Below, in pieces: positions 45,636 to 54,019 of a DNA stretch of 54,680 nucleotides. Every line of letters begins with the position of its first letter. The first letter of the stretch is position 1. Under the pieces are notes generated by a model. It was not told where the DNA came from and ran no database searches. It saw only the letters and a program-made list of their open reading frames with translations. Origin of the DNA: a virus (Duplodnaviria; Caudoviricetes); IMG/VR virus record IMGVR_UViG_3300037722_000443, positions 1 through 54,680 of that record, one strand, 5' to 3'. The position numbers and the translations under genes were made by a program.

Positions 45636-46811
45636 TCAGGCCGTTTTTTGAGCTCCAAATCCACCGTCATAATCATCCTTCCATGCCTCAACCCACCGCG
45701 CGTACACGTCCTGCATGTTGGTCCCGCGATGGCCTGATTGAGCGGCCACGTACAGGGGATTCTCGCCGCTGCCAAGCATGTGGGTGATGTAGGTATGGCG
45801 CGTGTGCTTGAACGACCGATAGCGTACCCCTGCACGCTTGAGGATGGTGCGCCAGCGTCGGCTGATATGCTTGTACGCAGCAATCGGTCCCGGGCTCGCC
45901 AGTCGGCAAAACACTTGCTCCTTGCGCCAGCGGGTTATCGGTAGCTGCCGGCGCAATGCGTCTTGTGCCCTGGGCAACAGGTTCACGATACGTGCACTGG
46001 CCGCCGTCTTTGGCTCCTTGGTGGCTGCCGTGTACATGGAAAGCATCGTCGCGCGCTTCACTTCAACCTGCCCCTCCTTCAAATCCTCCCACCGCAAGCC
46101 AGCCAGTTCCTCAATCCGCAGTCCGGTGAAGAAAGCAAACTCGATCAGGTTCCAGGAGCGCTCGCAATAAACCCTGGCCGCCTCGATGATCAACTCCATT
46201 TCCGCCTGGGTGAACGGGTCCGGCAGCGGCTTTTCCGCCTTTGGCACCAGCTCATCAATGACCACCCGATCAAGGGGGCTGAAATTCAGCACGCCATCAT
46301 TGACCTGGCGCCGGAGCGCACGGCGCAGCGGCAGCAAGTCATTGGCCCACATTTTGCGCGACACGGGCCGGCCCCGAATCATGTCACGGATATGCTCGGG
46401 TTTGAGGTCCACCACGCGAATGTCGCCCAGCCATGCATTATTGCGCGCTGCCGAACGACGATAGGCGGCGATGGTGGTCCGGGCCCGGCCGGCGGTTTCA
46501 AGATCGGCAATCAGCGCTTCCTGAGCTTGCGCCACGGTCTGCTGGGACACGGCAAACCCGAACGCCCGGGCTTTGTCTGACTGCGGGAAAAAATCGGTGT
46601 AAACGAAAGTGCCGCGGGCTTTCAGGTACTCGATCTGCGCCTTGATGTTGTTGGCGTAACGGCGGTCCTGGTTCTTGTCCGGGTCATGGCCGCGCAGTAC
46701 TTCCTTGCAGGTCACGCCCCGGTACTGGAATTGAATTTGCAGGATGCGGTGGCCGCCAGGGTATTTCCTGACGCTCACGCCGCGATTGAGTTTGGTCCTT
46801 CCTCTACCCAC
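45636..46811 (-). CDS. int: tyrosine integrase with N-terminal arm-binding domain
   Basis: FTGLRIEEL, PKT, HTRHTY, GH, VYARW catalytic set. Confidence 0.95.
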   Translation of the reverse strand: MGRGRTKLNRGVSVRKYPGGHRILQIQFQYRGVTCKEVLRGHDPDKNQDRRYANNIKAQIEYLKARGTFVYTDFFPQSDKARAFGFAVSQQTVAQAQEALIADLETAGRARTTIAAYRRSAARNNAWLGDIRVVDLKPEHIRDMIRGRPVSRKMWANDLLPLRRALRRQVNDGVLNFSPLDRVVIDELVPKAEKPLPDPFTQAEMELIIEAARVYCERSWNLIEFAFFTGLRIEELAGLRWEDLKEGQVEVKRATMLSMYTAATKEPKTAASARIVNLLPRAQDALRRQLPITRWRKEQVFCRLASPGPIAAYKHISRRWRTILKRAGVRYRSFKHTRHTYITHMLGSGENPLYVAAQSGHRGTNMQDVYARWVEAWKDDYDGGFGAQKTA

Positions 46812-46981
46812 TGAAAGAACCTGGTTGGGCTGGCATAAATGCGGCCTTCTCGGTATTGGGTAATGGTGCCGTCGGGCCAGATCCCACGTTTTCTGCGAGA
46901 CCTGACCGTTTCCGGCTTGACGCCTGTGAGTTCCTCGAACTTCTCAAGCGTAACCCATTCGTCTGTGAATCGTCTATTCAC
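46775..46981 (-). CDS. xis: excisionase
   Basis: WVTLEKFEELTGVKPETVRSRRKRGIW winged HTH; overlaps the int start. Confidence 0.85.
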   Translation of the reverse strand: MNRRFTDEWVTLEKFEELTGVKPETVRSRRKRGIWPDGTITQYREGRIYASPTRFFQWVEEGPNSIAA

Positions 46982-46993
46982 CGTTCCGCAGCT

Positions 46994-47371
46994 TTATGTG
47001 TTTGGGTCATCAATCCGCGTGATCTTCGCCCAACGGGCAGCCCTGGCGATTGCCCGCAGGCCCCGGTGTACGCTGGCTTTTCGAGTGTAGGTTTCCGTGG
47101 CCGCTACAACGTCCACGCCCACATCCTCAGACCTGATTCGGGCGTAGAACTGGCCGTCCGCGCTCTCCAGAATATCAACGTAGCGCTCTCGTACTTTGGG
47201 GACCAGCAGCACCGTCCATTTGTGGATAAAGGTTATGTCGTCTACGCATCCGGTCTCATCGGAACACACATGCCCCATCTTGTTGTCCAGCACAATTCGG
47301 TGGTTCCCGGCCCTCAAATGCCAGTACCACTGGTTGTCTTTTACACTTTGCCAATACCTAAATTCGCTCAT
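46994..47371 (-). CDS. YegP/DUF1508-like tandem-domain protein
   Basis: DNQWYWHLRAGNHRIV and DGQFYARIRS...ETYTRKAS repeats. Confidence 0.75.
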   Translation of the reverse strand: MSEFRYWQSVKDNQWYWHLRAGNHRIVLDNKMGHVCSDETGCVDDITFIHKWTVLLVPKVRERYVDILESADGQFYARIRSEDVGVDVVAATETYTRKASVHRGLRAIARAARWAKITRIDDPNT

Positions 47372-47565
47372 GGCCGTTCTCCTTTACTCATAAGCCGATC
47401 AACCTTGGCCTCCAATTCGGCGATGTAGTCTTGCTGGTCAGCGATTATCTGCCGTGCTTCGCCACCCTCATATAGAGCAAGCGCAGCATGTATTTTTCCC
47501 CAGTCACCAGCGCGTCTTAGCCAATCCGCTGCCCTTCTCTGTAGGTCTTTGCTGTTCATCGTCAT
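47368..47565 (-). CDS. hypothetical protein
   Basis: GAGGA RBS; ATGA-coupled downstream. Confidence 0.55.
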   Translation of the reverse strand: MTMNSKDLQRRAADWLRRAGDWGKIHAALALYEGGEARQIIADQQDYIAELEAKVDRLMSKGERP

Positions 47566-47571
47566 ATCCTC

Positions 47572-48372
47572 TTATGCAATCGGAAATTGCTTCAGTCTAT
47601 CTGCCCCTGCAATAATAATGTCTTGCTGCGGACGCAGAGTTAGGGTCTCAATGGTTTCGTATTTTACTGGCATCGGGTTGTCTCGTTGGCCATTGATTAC
47701 TCGCTTCATAACCGCCTGATCCACCTCATCGGTCACCGGGTGCACAATCCCAATTTCCCATTCTTGTGTGTGGTTTCCCGGCGGATAAAATCCACCCCAG
47801 GGTTCGTCGGACGGATGGTTCCAAAAGTTATGAATTACGGTTAAGCCTTTCGGCAAATACATGAGCATGTAGCCACGCTTGCTGGCTTCATCAAATTCAT
47901 TGCTGTCTGGTTTCAGCGGTATCCATGGCCCTGAGCGCGGGTCTTGTGATAAGCCTAGTGCGGATAACGGGAAACCAAAGCTGCCGGTTTCTTCAGTGTT
48001 CATTTTGAAGTATCCGGTTTTCGGTCCATCAAAGTAAATCTGTGCGACACCCACCGGATACTCCACGACTTCCAGCGCACCGGTCTCCGGGTTACGAACT
48101 AGCTTGGTGCTGGACAGAGTGAATTCGCCGTGGTTCTTGTGCGGGCAAAAGAACGTGTAATGTCGCCGGGAGTGGTGGTTCCACTCAAAGGTGTACAGGA
48201 TACCCATACCTGTCGTTTGGCCCCCTTTAAATGAAATACCTTCGGCTGAGGTTTTGTTGCCTTCCGTGGGAGTTTCAGCCATTGCCTGGTGCGCTGCCCA
48301 CAGCCCCGTATGCTCAGGTGTGGGCCGGGAGTTTTCGGGTGGTGGAGATAAACTGGTTGTCAATTCGCTCAT
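47572..48372 (-). CDS. hypothetical protein
   Basis: 266-aa ORF coupled to the upstream peptidase-like gene. Confidence 0.65.
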   Translation of the reverse strand: MSELTTSLSPPPENSRPTPEHTGLWAAHQAMAETPTEGNKTSAEGISFKGGQTTGMGILYTFEWNHHSRRHYTFFCPHKNHGEFTLSSTKLVRNPETGALEVVEYPVGVAQIYFDGPKTGYFKMNTEETGSFGFPLSALGLSQDPRSGPWIPLKPDSNEFDEASKRGYMLMYLPKGLTVIHNFWNHPSDEPWGGFYPPGNHTQEWEIGIVHPVTDEVDQAVMKRVINGQRDNPMPVKYETIETLTLRPQQDIIIAGADRLKQFPIA

Positions 48373-49229
48373 TGTTCAACCCTCAAGAGTATTTGGTTCA
48401 CATTCGCTTCAAGGGCTTCTACAGTCCACCCATTCGGCATTTCTTTTCGCTCCCCTAACTGGAAGTCATACTCACCACGGAATGACTTGTCCGTGCCGTT
48501 TACGTGGTCCCGCCAGTGGACGAATACAGTGTCTGCATAGCTAGGCCCGACTGTCGCTTGGTACCCCCTGACCTTTCTGCGTGACAGCACTAGCTCACGA
48601 TGCCAGCCGTTGCCCGTTGGCAGCACTAGCAACTGCCATTCGTTCTCATGCCTGCATGGCAACGGCGTTTCCAAGCATCCGAGTACAAAATCGCCGGGTT
48701 CTGTTATTTCCACGACTTTGTTGGCCAGGTGCAACTTCCGATAATTCAAACCGTGCCAGGCGGTGGGACGGGGCTTACGGCCCATTATGTCTGTCTGGTC
48801 TTTGTACTCTATGATTCGCCAAACCCCGTCCACCAGCATTGCCGTATTGGAATGCGATACATCCCGCAAATGCCCTTCCTCGTGGAACATGGTTTCTTCA
48901 TCGCAGTGCCTGGTAGTCACACCGTAATTACCATTCAGCATCGCATACCCACAGCGGCTGGGGTCCGAGCCGCCCCACAGCATTGTCTTATGGATTAAAG
49001 GCCCATTGTGCTGATCTACAATGTCCGTCCAAATGCTTGGACTGAAGATGGGGTATATAGTGCTTGGTACTGGGCGGTCTGACTCTACCAGCTGGGCGTG
49101 TACCCGATCATCGAACCAATATCGGCGCTTCATGCGCTCCAGCGCGAAGCCGGCGGTAAGGGCTGTATCCAGTTCGGACTGATTAGATCCACCAAGAGGA
49201 ACCTTGCGATAAAGGCCAAGGGTAATCAT
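48369..49229 (-). CDS. metzincin-like (M11 gametolysin-like) zinc metallopeptidase
   Basis: HEEGHLRDVSH (HExxHxxxxxH) followed by EYKDQTDIMG Met-turn. Confidence 0.65.
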   Translation of the reverse strand: MITLGLYRKVPLGGSNQSELDTALTAGFALERMKRRYWFDDRVHAQLVESDRPVPSTIYPIFSPSIWTDIVDQHNGPLIHKTMLWGGSDPSRCGYAMLNGNYGVTTRHCDEETMFHEEGHLRDVSHSNTAMLVDGVWRIIEYKDQTDIMGRKPRPTAWHGLNYRKLHLANKVVEITEPGDFVLGCLETPLPCRHENEWQLLVLPTGNGWHRELVLSRRKVRGYQATVGPSYADTVFVHWRDHVNGTDKSFRGEYDFQLGERKEMPNGWTVEALEANVNQILLRVEQ

Positions 49230-49444
49230 TGGCCCTCCGCGCGTGGTGCGGCGTTCCAGGCTTGGGTGGCGAGGTTCTGAATTTTGCCGGGGTCTCTTTC
49301 ATAATTGTTGCGGAACGCGATTGACCACGCAGAGCAGCAACTTCTTGGATACACAGTGCCCCACATCGCCCCTACGTGGCATTCGATAACCAGTGAACGC
49401 ACTCTCGGCACCTCCCCACACGGGCATGGTTTTAGGGTGGTCAT
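49226..49444 (-). CDS. Lar-like restriction alleviation Zn-binding protein
   Basis: LKPCPCGE...CC...A.QAWN. Confidence 0.6.
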   Translation of the reverse strand: MTTLKPCPCGEVPRVRSLVIECHVGAMWGTVYPRSCCSAWSIAFRNNYERDPGKIQNLATQAWNAAPRAEGQ

Positions 49445-49806
49445 TTCAGGGCTTCCTCTTTCTGAAATTCATCCAATCTGGCACGCTTCCTGGAGTAAAT
49501 CTTTTTGCGGCAGTCGTTCCATCCGTTAGCGTAGTCATCGCTCTCCGGGATTGATCCAACGGTCGCCTTGAACATGTCGTGCAGCGCGGCTTCGGCCCGC
49601 TCAACCTTCGCCTCAAGTTCGGCGATGCGCTTTTTCAGGTCAATGTTTTCATATTCTGTTATCGCCAATTCATCTTGTGTGCTGGCAATCTGTGAAGCCA
49701 CCAGCAGATCACGGTTGTCCCGTTCATGCTTCAGGTCGGTGCGTAACTGCTCGTTTTCCAGCTTCAATGCCGCCATCTCGCTGGCCAGGTCGCCAATGTC
49801 ACTCAT
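49441..49806 (-). CDS. coiled-coil early protein
   Basis: RIAELEAK, YANGWNDCR motif common in phage early genes. Confidence 0.6.
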   Translation of the reverse strand: MSDIGDLASEMAALKLENEQLRTDLKHERDNRDLLVASQIASTQDELAITEYENIDLKKRIAELEAKVERAEAALHDMFKATVGSIPESDDYANGWNDCRKKIYSRKRARLDEFQKEEALK

Positions 49807-50032
49807 CAGCTTTCCCTCCGTAAATGCTTCCTGGCTGACCCGGCTCATTGCTGGCAGTGCACGCCAACCTGTGGTCGCTTGCTTTTGGGCAGCGTTTATT
49901 GCCGCAATCCGGGCACACAATCATCTTCCCGGCGCTGAGTGGTAGCGCATCAACAAATCCATCACCTGCTCCCATCGTCAGGCCAAGCTCTGCAATGCAC
50001 GCATGGCACTCACACGGCTTTGCCTCACCCAT
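49799..50032 (-). CDS. small Cys-rich early protein
   Basis: CECHAC...CPDCGNKRCPKASDHRLAC. Confidence 0.7.
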   Translation of the reverse strand: MGEAKPCECHACIAELGLTMGAGDGFVDALPLSAGKMIVCPDCGNKRCPKASDHRLACTASNEPGQPGSIYGGKADE

Positions 50033-50363
50033 CACCTTTCTCCTTCAGTAACGCAGGGCACGGCCCCGGTGCTACATCATCATGTGGTGTCCCGCAGTGC
50101 TCGCACGGGTCGCCTTTATGAGATACCTCGCTTAGGCTGGGTCCGCCGTGAGACTGACACGCTAACCCTGGAATGTACCCGTTGTATTTGCCATCGAATC
50201 GGTGTATTTCACCAGTGTCTGGATCGCGCCAACCTTTACCGACAGGGCGCGTGCCATATGCGGGTTTATCACAGAATCCGGCAGGTAGCCCTCTACACCA
50301 CATGGGCACGGAGCATTTGCCGATACCATTTACAGGTTTGTGATGGCCCTCATCTGTTCTCAT
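50025..50363 (-). CDS. small Cys-rich early protein
   Basis: GKCSVPMW...GFCD...LACQSHGGP. Confidence 0.65.
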   Translation of the reverse strand: MRTDEGHHKPVNGIGKCSVPMWCRGLPAGFCDKPAYGTRPVGKGWRDPDTGEIHRFDGKYNGYIPGLACQSHGGPSLSEVSHKGDPCEHCGTPHDDVAPGPCPALLKEKGDG

Positions 50364-50524
50364 CTTCCCCTCCGCGTTTCCAGCAACCGATCCCGCACCA
50401 CTTCCAGCAGGTCCGACAAATGAGGCGGCGTGTTGCCGCGTAGCTGCACCAGCTTTGTCAACTCAGCCAACTCCGCGTTGGTCTTGTGTTCAAGCGACCT
50501 GGCTATGGGGGTGAGGTTAGTCAT
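50360..50524 (-). CDS. hypothetical 54-aa protein (not in ORF track)
   Basis: MTNLTPIARSLEHKTNAELAEL...; overlaps both neighbours and fills the gap exactly. Confidence 0.55.
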   Translation of the reverse strand: MTNLTPIARSLEHKTNAELAELTKLVQLRGNTPPHLSDLLEVVRDRLLETRRGR

Positions 50525-50774
50525 TGGGCTGATCTACCGAATCCTTCACCGTTTCATAAAAGACTTCAGCAACGGCTTGGTCGTTGATTTTGCAATACAG
50601 CTCGTCACCCTTGTAGATCAGGTAATAAATTCGCGTGCAGTACGGCTCTGGGGAATATTCCTCCCAATCTATGCGAGTCACGCCATTCGACCCAACTTGA
50701 TAGCATGTGGGATATTCATCCTTGCGTCGGGGTTCTAGGCCGTAAATAGCCTTAATGCCAGTGTGTTGCATCAT
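50517..50774 (-). CDS. hypothetical protein
   Basis: AGGAG RBS. Confidence 0.6.
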   Translation of the reverse strand: MMQHTGIKAIYGLEPRRKDEYPTCYQVGSNGVTRIDWEEYSPEPYCTRIYYLIYKGDELYCKINDQAVAEVFYETVKDSVDQPND

Positions 50775-50867
50775 CTATCTCCTAAAGGGTGGAGCGGGCC
50801 GGGGGCGCAAACCCTCCCCGACTAAGCGCACTTTGGGGTGATCGGTCAATGCCGCCGCTCCATAATC

Positions 50868-51164
50868 TCAATTCGCCTCGCTTAATTGCCTATTCCACTG
50901 GTCCGTCGAGCCAAATCCCTCACGCTCGCGGTCGTAAACATCGTCAGCCATGTCAGCCAGCCGCTCCCACTTGTCCGGGTCAGGCTGTCTGTAATCGCAA
51001 TCCAGGCAGTAGGTCACGCCAACTGTTGCAGGCTCATCGTGGTAGCCGGGATCGCCGGACTCCTTCTGCAACTGGTCCACCAGTTTTACCAAAGCATCAT
51101 TCAGTCCTTTGGAGACGATGTGATGGGTTATGACCTCAATGGCCCTGAGTTTGTTAAGGGTCAT
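50868..51164 (-). CDS. hypothetical protein, C-terminal paralogue of 52447..52704
   Basis: Shares YCLDCDYRQPDPDKWERLADMADDVYDREREGFGS. Confidence 0.65.
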   Translation of the reverse strand: MTLNKLRAIEVITHHIVSKGLNDALVKLVDQLQKESGDPGYHDEPATVGVTYCLDCDYRQPDPDKWERLADMADDVYDREREGFGSTDQWNRQLSEAN

Positions 51165-51373
51165 TGGGCTGTTCCGTCAATTGCGTCCGCCATTTCTCTC
51201 AGCAGCTTGCTGAACCGCGGAAGCGAGCACGCATAAACGCGATCTGCCTCCCCGGTTATAGCAGCGATCAAACCAAATAGGTCTGGGTGGTGCGGAATAT
51301 TGGCCATGTCCCCGGCCCGTGTTCCCGCGCACTGTTCATAAAAAAATCTCGCTGTAGTTTTATCCATCATCAT
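51161..51373 (-). CDS. hypothetical protein
   Basis: AGGAG RBS, ATGA-coupled. Confidence 0.55.
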   Translation of the reverse strand: MMMDKTTARFFYEQCAGTRAGDMANIPHHPDLFGLIAAITGEADRVYACSLPRFSKLLREMADAIDGTAQ

Positions 51374-51555
51374 CTCCTAAAGGGGTGGAGCGGTTTCTGC
51401 TCAATCTTTTTCCGTAATATCCGGGGATACCCGCAGCCGGAGCATACGATCAGGTCATGCGTCAGCAGGAGCGCGGTTGCCTGTTCATCCAGAGCCAGGC
51501 CCGGCCGTGGCGTCGTATGGTCGAAGTGCCGGGGGCAATCCTGGGGCCTACTCAC
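51370..51555 (-). CDS. small Zn-binding-like protein
   Basis: GTG start after GGAG; CPRH..HT...CSGCG. Confidence 0.5.
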   Translation of the reverse strand: MSRPQDCPRHFDHTTPRPGLALDEQATALLLTHDLIVCSGCGYPRILRKKIEQKPLHPFRR

Positions 51556-51572
51556 TTAACCGCTCCATAATC

Positions 51573-51815
51573 TCAATCCTCTCCCGGTTGCCGGGGTATG
51601 AACATCTTGCATTGCTCATTTGAAAGCCCATCCTTGCTCAGCGGTATCAGCGTATGCAGGAAGCTGCCGGGGTCGTTGGCCCCATCGTAGTTGTGCACCA
51701 GATGCAGCAACCACACAGGACAGCCCGGACCTTCGTCGGGGCCATAATGGACACATCGCTGGCAGTACCTCGCCTCATAGTCCATCCCTTCCGTGCCGTT
51801 GGAAAAGTAGCCCAT
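51573..51815 (-). CDS. small Cys-rich early protein
   Basis: MGYFSNGTEGMDYEARYCQRCVH...CPVW. Confidence 0.7.
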   Translation of the reverse strand: MGYFSNGTEGMDYEARYCQRCVHYGPDEGPGCPVWLLHLVHNYDGANDPGSFLHTLIPLSKDGLSNEQCKMFIPRQPGED

Positions 51816-52219
51816 CAATCCTCCCCAGTTCCGCCGCCATGAACGGCAGGGGGGAAGCCCACGTCATACAAGCGCAGTATCATTGCTCGCGCCTGATTGG
51901 CGTCAAATAGGTTGGTTCCTGTGGGCCAAGAGGGCGAACCAAAGGGGTGGGTAGGCTTGAATTCAATGCCCGCGTCAGGCGCGAAATCCTCAGGCAGCGG
52001 CCACGCTAGAAACCTCTCAACCATTTCAGGAATATGCACATGTTTAAGCCTATCGTACATAGCGTCGATGGCCTTCTGCCGCTCGTTTACGATGCCCAGC
52101 GCATCGCGCACTTCATCCAGCTTTGCCGCCTGGTGCTCAAGCAATGCACCGCGCTGTGGCTCTCTCAGGTCTTGCGCGACCTCGTTTAACTTTTTCAAGC
52201 ACCATTCAAGGTTGTTCAT
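51815..52219 (-). CDS. hypothetical early protein
   Basis: MVERFLAWPLPEDFAPDAGI...PTGTNLF...QARAM. Confidence 0.7.
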   Translation of the reverse strand: MNNLEWCLKKLNEVAQDLREPQRGALLEHQAAKLDEVRDALGIVNERQKAIDAMYDRLKHVHIPEMVERFLAWPLPEDFAPDAGIEFKPTHPFGSPSWPTGTNLFDANQARAMILRLYDVGFPPAVHGGGTGED

Positions 52220-52446
52220 CGTGGTTCTCCTAAGTAATCTATCTCGTCCTTCGGTTTCCAGTGAGTCGGCTTCGGATCAAACGACCCCCACCCGAGCATT
52301 GACCCAAACCACGCACACCATTCACCCTCATGAAATTTGGTTGTCACCGGCAATGAAAACTGAGGGAAAGCCTTTCGTAATCTGGTTGCGGTGTATATCT
52401 CAGTACCGTCCTTCGGCGCTGTTTCTATTGGCCTCCAGTCACTCAC
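52216..52446 (-). CDS. DUF551-like early protein
   Basis: WRPIETAPKDGTEI...PTHWKP. Confidence 0.75.
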   Translation of the reverse strand: MSDWRPIETAPKDGTEIYTATRLRKAFPQFSLPVTTKFHEGEWCAWFGSMLGWGSFDPKPTHWKPKDEIDYLGEPR

Positions 52447-52704
52447 CTAATCCGCCTCGCTTAATTGCCTTTCAATCGGGTCCAGCGAGCCAAACCCCTC
52501 CCGCTCGCGGTCGTAAACATCGTCCGCCATGTCCGCCAGCCGCTCCCACTTGTCCGGGTCAGGCTGGCGATAGTCGCAGTCCAGACAGTAGATCACGCCA
52601 ACGGTTTCCGGCTCATCAAAGCAGCCGGGATCGCCGGACTCATAATCCAGTTCGCCGCCGCACTCAGGGCAGCCTTGAATGAAGTCTGGTGCTGGGTGGG
52701 TCAT
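52447..52704 (-). CDS. Zn-ribbon protein (CPEC...CLDC)
   Basis: Two CxxC pairs. Confidence 0.65.
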   Translation of the reverse strand: MTHPAPDFIQGCPECGGELDYESGDPGCFDEPETVGVIYCLDCDYRQPDPDKWERLADMADDVYDREREGFGSLDPIERQLSEAD

Positions 52705-52922
52705 TGCCCGTATACCTCGGTGAGAATTTTCTTCGCCCGCGCCTTTTTCCTCGGTGACTGGCTTCGCATGAACTCAAGTGCCTGCATCGCGGGCTTCTCG
52801 TTCCTGTACAGCCCAACCCCAGCCTCGCAACAGTCAACAGCAACGGGAACGCCCGGACCCCCAAAGCCAACATCAACACGGTGAAACGGGTCTAATCCAC
52901 AAAACGGGCAATATTCGCTCAT
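52701..52922 (-). CDS. small Cys-rich early protein
   Basis: CPFCG...VDVGFG...DCC; GGAG RBS. Confidence 0.65.
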   Translation of the reverse strand: MSEYCPFCGLDPFHRVDVGFGGPGVPVAVDCCEAGVGLYRNEKPAMQALEFMRSQSPRKKARAKKILTEVYGQ

Positions 52923-53120
52923 GCCGCTCTCCGTGCCTTTTGTTCAAAAGCGAGGCAGGCCGGGTAAGGGGAGCCCCGACCCGCCTCCTGTGCGGCGTCT
53001 CGTTGGATTTGAAACCGCACGGCCAGCATTGCCCGGCTGGCTCGGGTTCCTCCCGGCTGGGAGGGATTGCCCGACAGCGCCTTTGTGGGGAGTGGGGGAG
53101 GCGCCGCCGGGGCTTGGTGG

Positions 53121-53396
53121 TCAGTATGGAACATCAAAATCATCCTCAGACGGGTCAGGCTTGCCCGCTGGCCCGGACTCCGGCTTCCAGTCATCCACCA
53201 CCGCGTAACCCTTCCCGGCCTTGCTGACTTTCAAGTCGATGTTCAGCCAGTCTTCGCCGGGGTGGGCCTTGATGTGGTCCTTCATCCACTCACGAAACTG
53301 CGCGATGTTGATGCTCAGCTTGCCGATAACAAAGTCCGGCGCCGCTGGTGCTTTGGGCTTCGGGTACAAGCCTCCGACAAAATCTGCGTCATTCAT
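53121..53396 (-). CDS. putative ssDNA-binding protein
   Basis: Follows erf and exonuclease; APDFVIGKLSI...GKGYAVVDDWKP; acidic DDFDVPY tail. Confidence 0.65.
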   Translation of the reverse strand: MNDADFVGGLYPKPKAPAAPDFVIGKLSINIAQFREWMKDHIKAHPGEDWLNIDLKVSKAGKGYAVVDDWKPESGPAGKPDPSEDDFDVPY

Positions 53397-54019
53397 GCTG
53401 CTTTCCTCATTCTGTTTTCAAGTTCGCCCACAATCTTCTCCACTTCGTCATTGGCCTTGATGCAGGTCTGTTCCAGTTCCTTGATTGCATCCTCATCGCG
53501 CTCAACCCTGACCGTCGCCAGCCGGGTTCCTTCGGGGAAGCGCGGGTCGTAGCTGCTGGCGTCAACCCAGTCCCGCACGGCAACCCATAGCTGGCCCTGC
53601 AACTGCCACTTGTATTCGACCGTGTGAGCGCCCCTGAGCAGCGCGTCAAGGTGCTTTGCGGCAGCGTAAGGGCACTTGCCCTCCCACATGCCCTCATCGC
53701 CCACAAGGCCGTCAGGGGAGCACCCAACGAACGGGTATTTGGGGTGCTGGATAAACGCAACCTCATCCACCGCTACCAGGTTTTCATCCTCATAGGCGGC
53801 CCGGGCCTCCGGCTCCATTTCGATGCCGCGCAGCATGGCCGCGTTCTGGTAGGTTTCCATGCACTGGCCGGTGATACGCTCCACCGCCAGTTCGGTAATC
53901 AGGTTGAAATACGATGCCGCAGGCTTGCCGCTTGCCAGCTTGGCCATCAGCATGTTGAACCGCGAACCGGTGAACTTTCCGGCGCGGGCCGCAAACCATT
54001 CCTCGCTGCGCTGTTCCAT
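53393..54019 (-). CDS. lambda-exonuclease/YqaJ family exonuclease
   Basis: QRSEEWFAARAGKFTGS, AMLRG..MEPEAR, GCSPDGLV, EGKCP, QLQGQLWV. Confidence 0.92.
   Translation of the reverse strand: MEQRSEEWFAARAGKFTGSRFNMLMAKLASGKPAASYFNLITELAVERITGQCMETYQNAAMLRGIEMEPEARAAYEDENLVAVDEVAFIQHPKYPFVGCSPDGLVGDEGMWEGKCPYAAAKHLDALLRGAHTVEYKWQLQGQLWVAVRDWVDASSYDPRFPEGTRLATVRVERDEDAIKELEQTCIKANDEVEKIVGELENRMRKAA

Noticed and set aside
47399-49628. Shared IAELEAKV-encoding stretch at ~47400-47425 and ~49601-49627 as cassette borders
   Set aside because: Short, imperfect and explained by a common coiled-coil motif; too weak to claim
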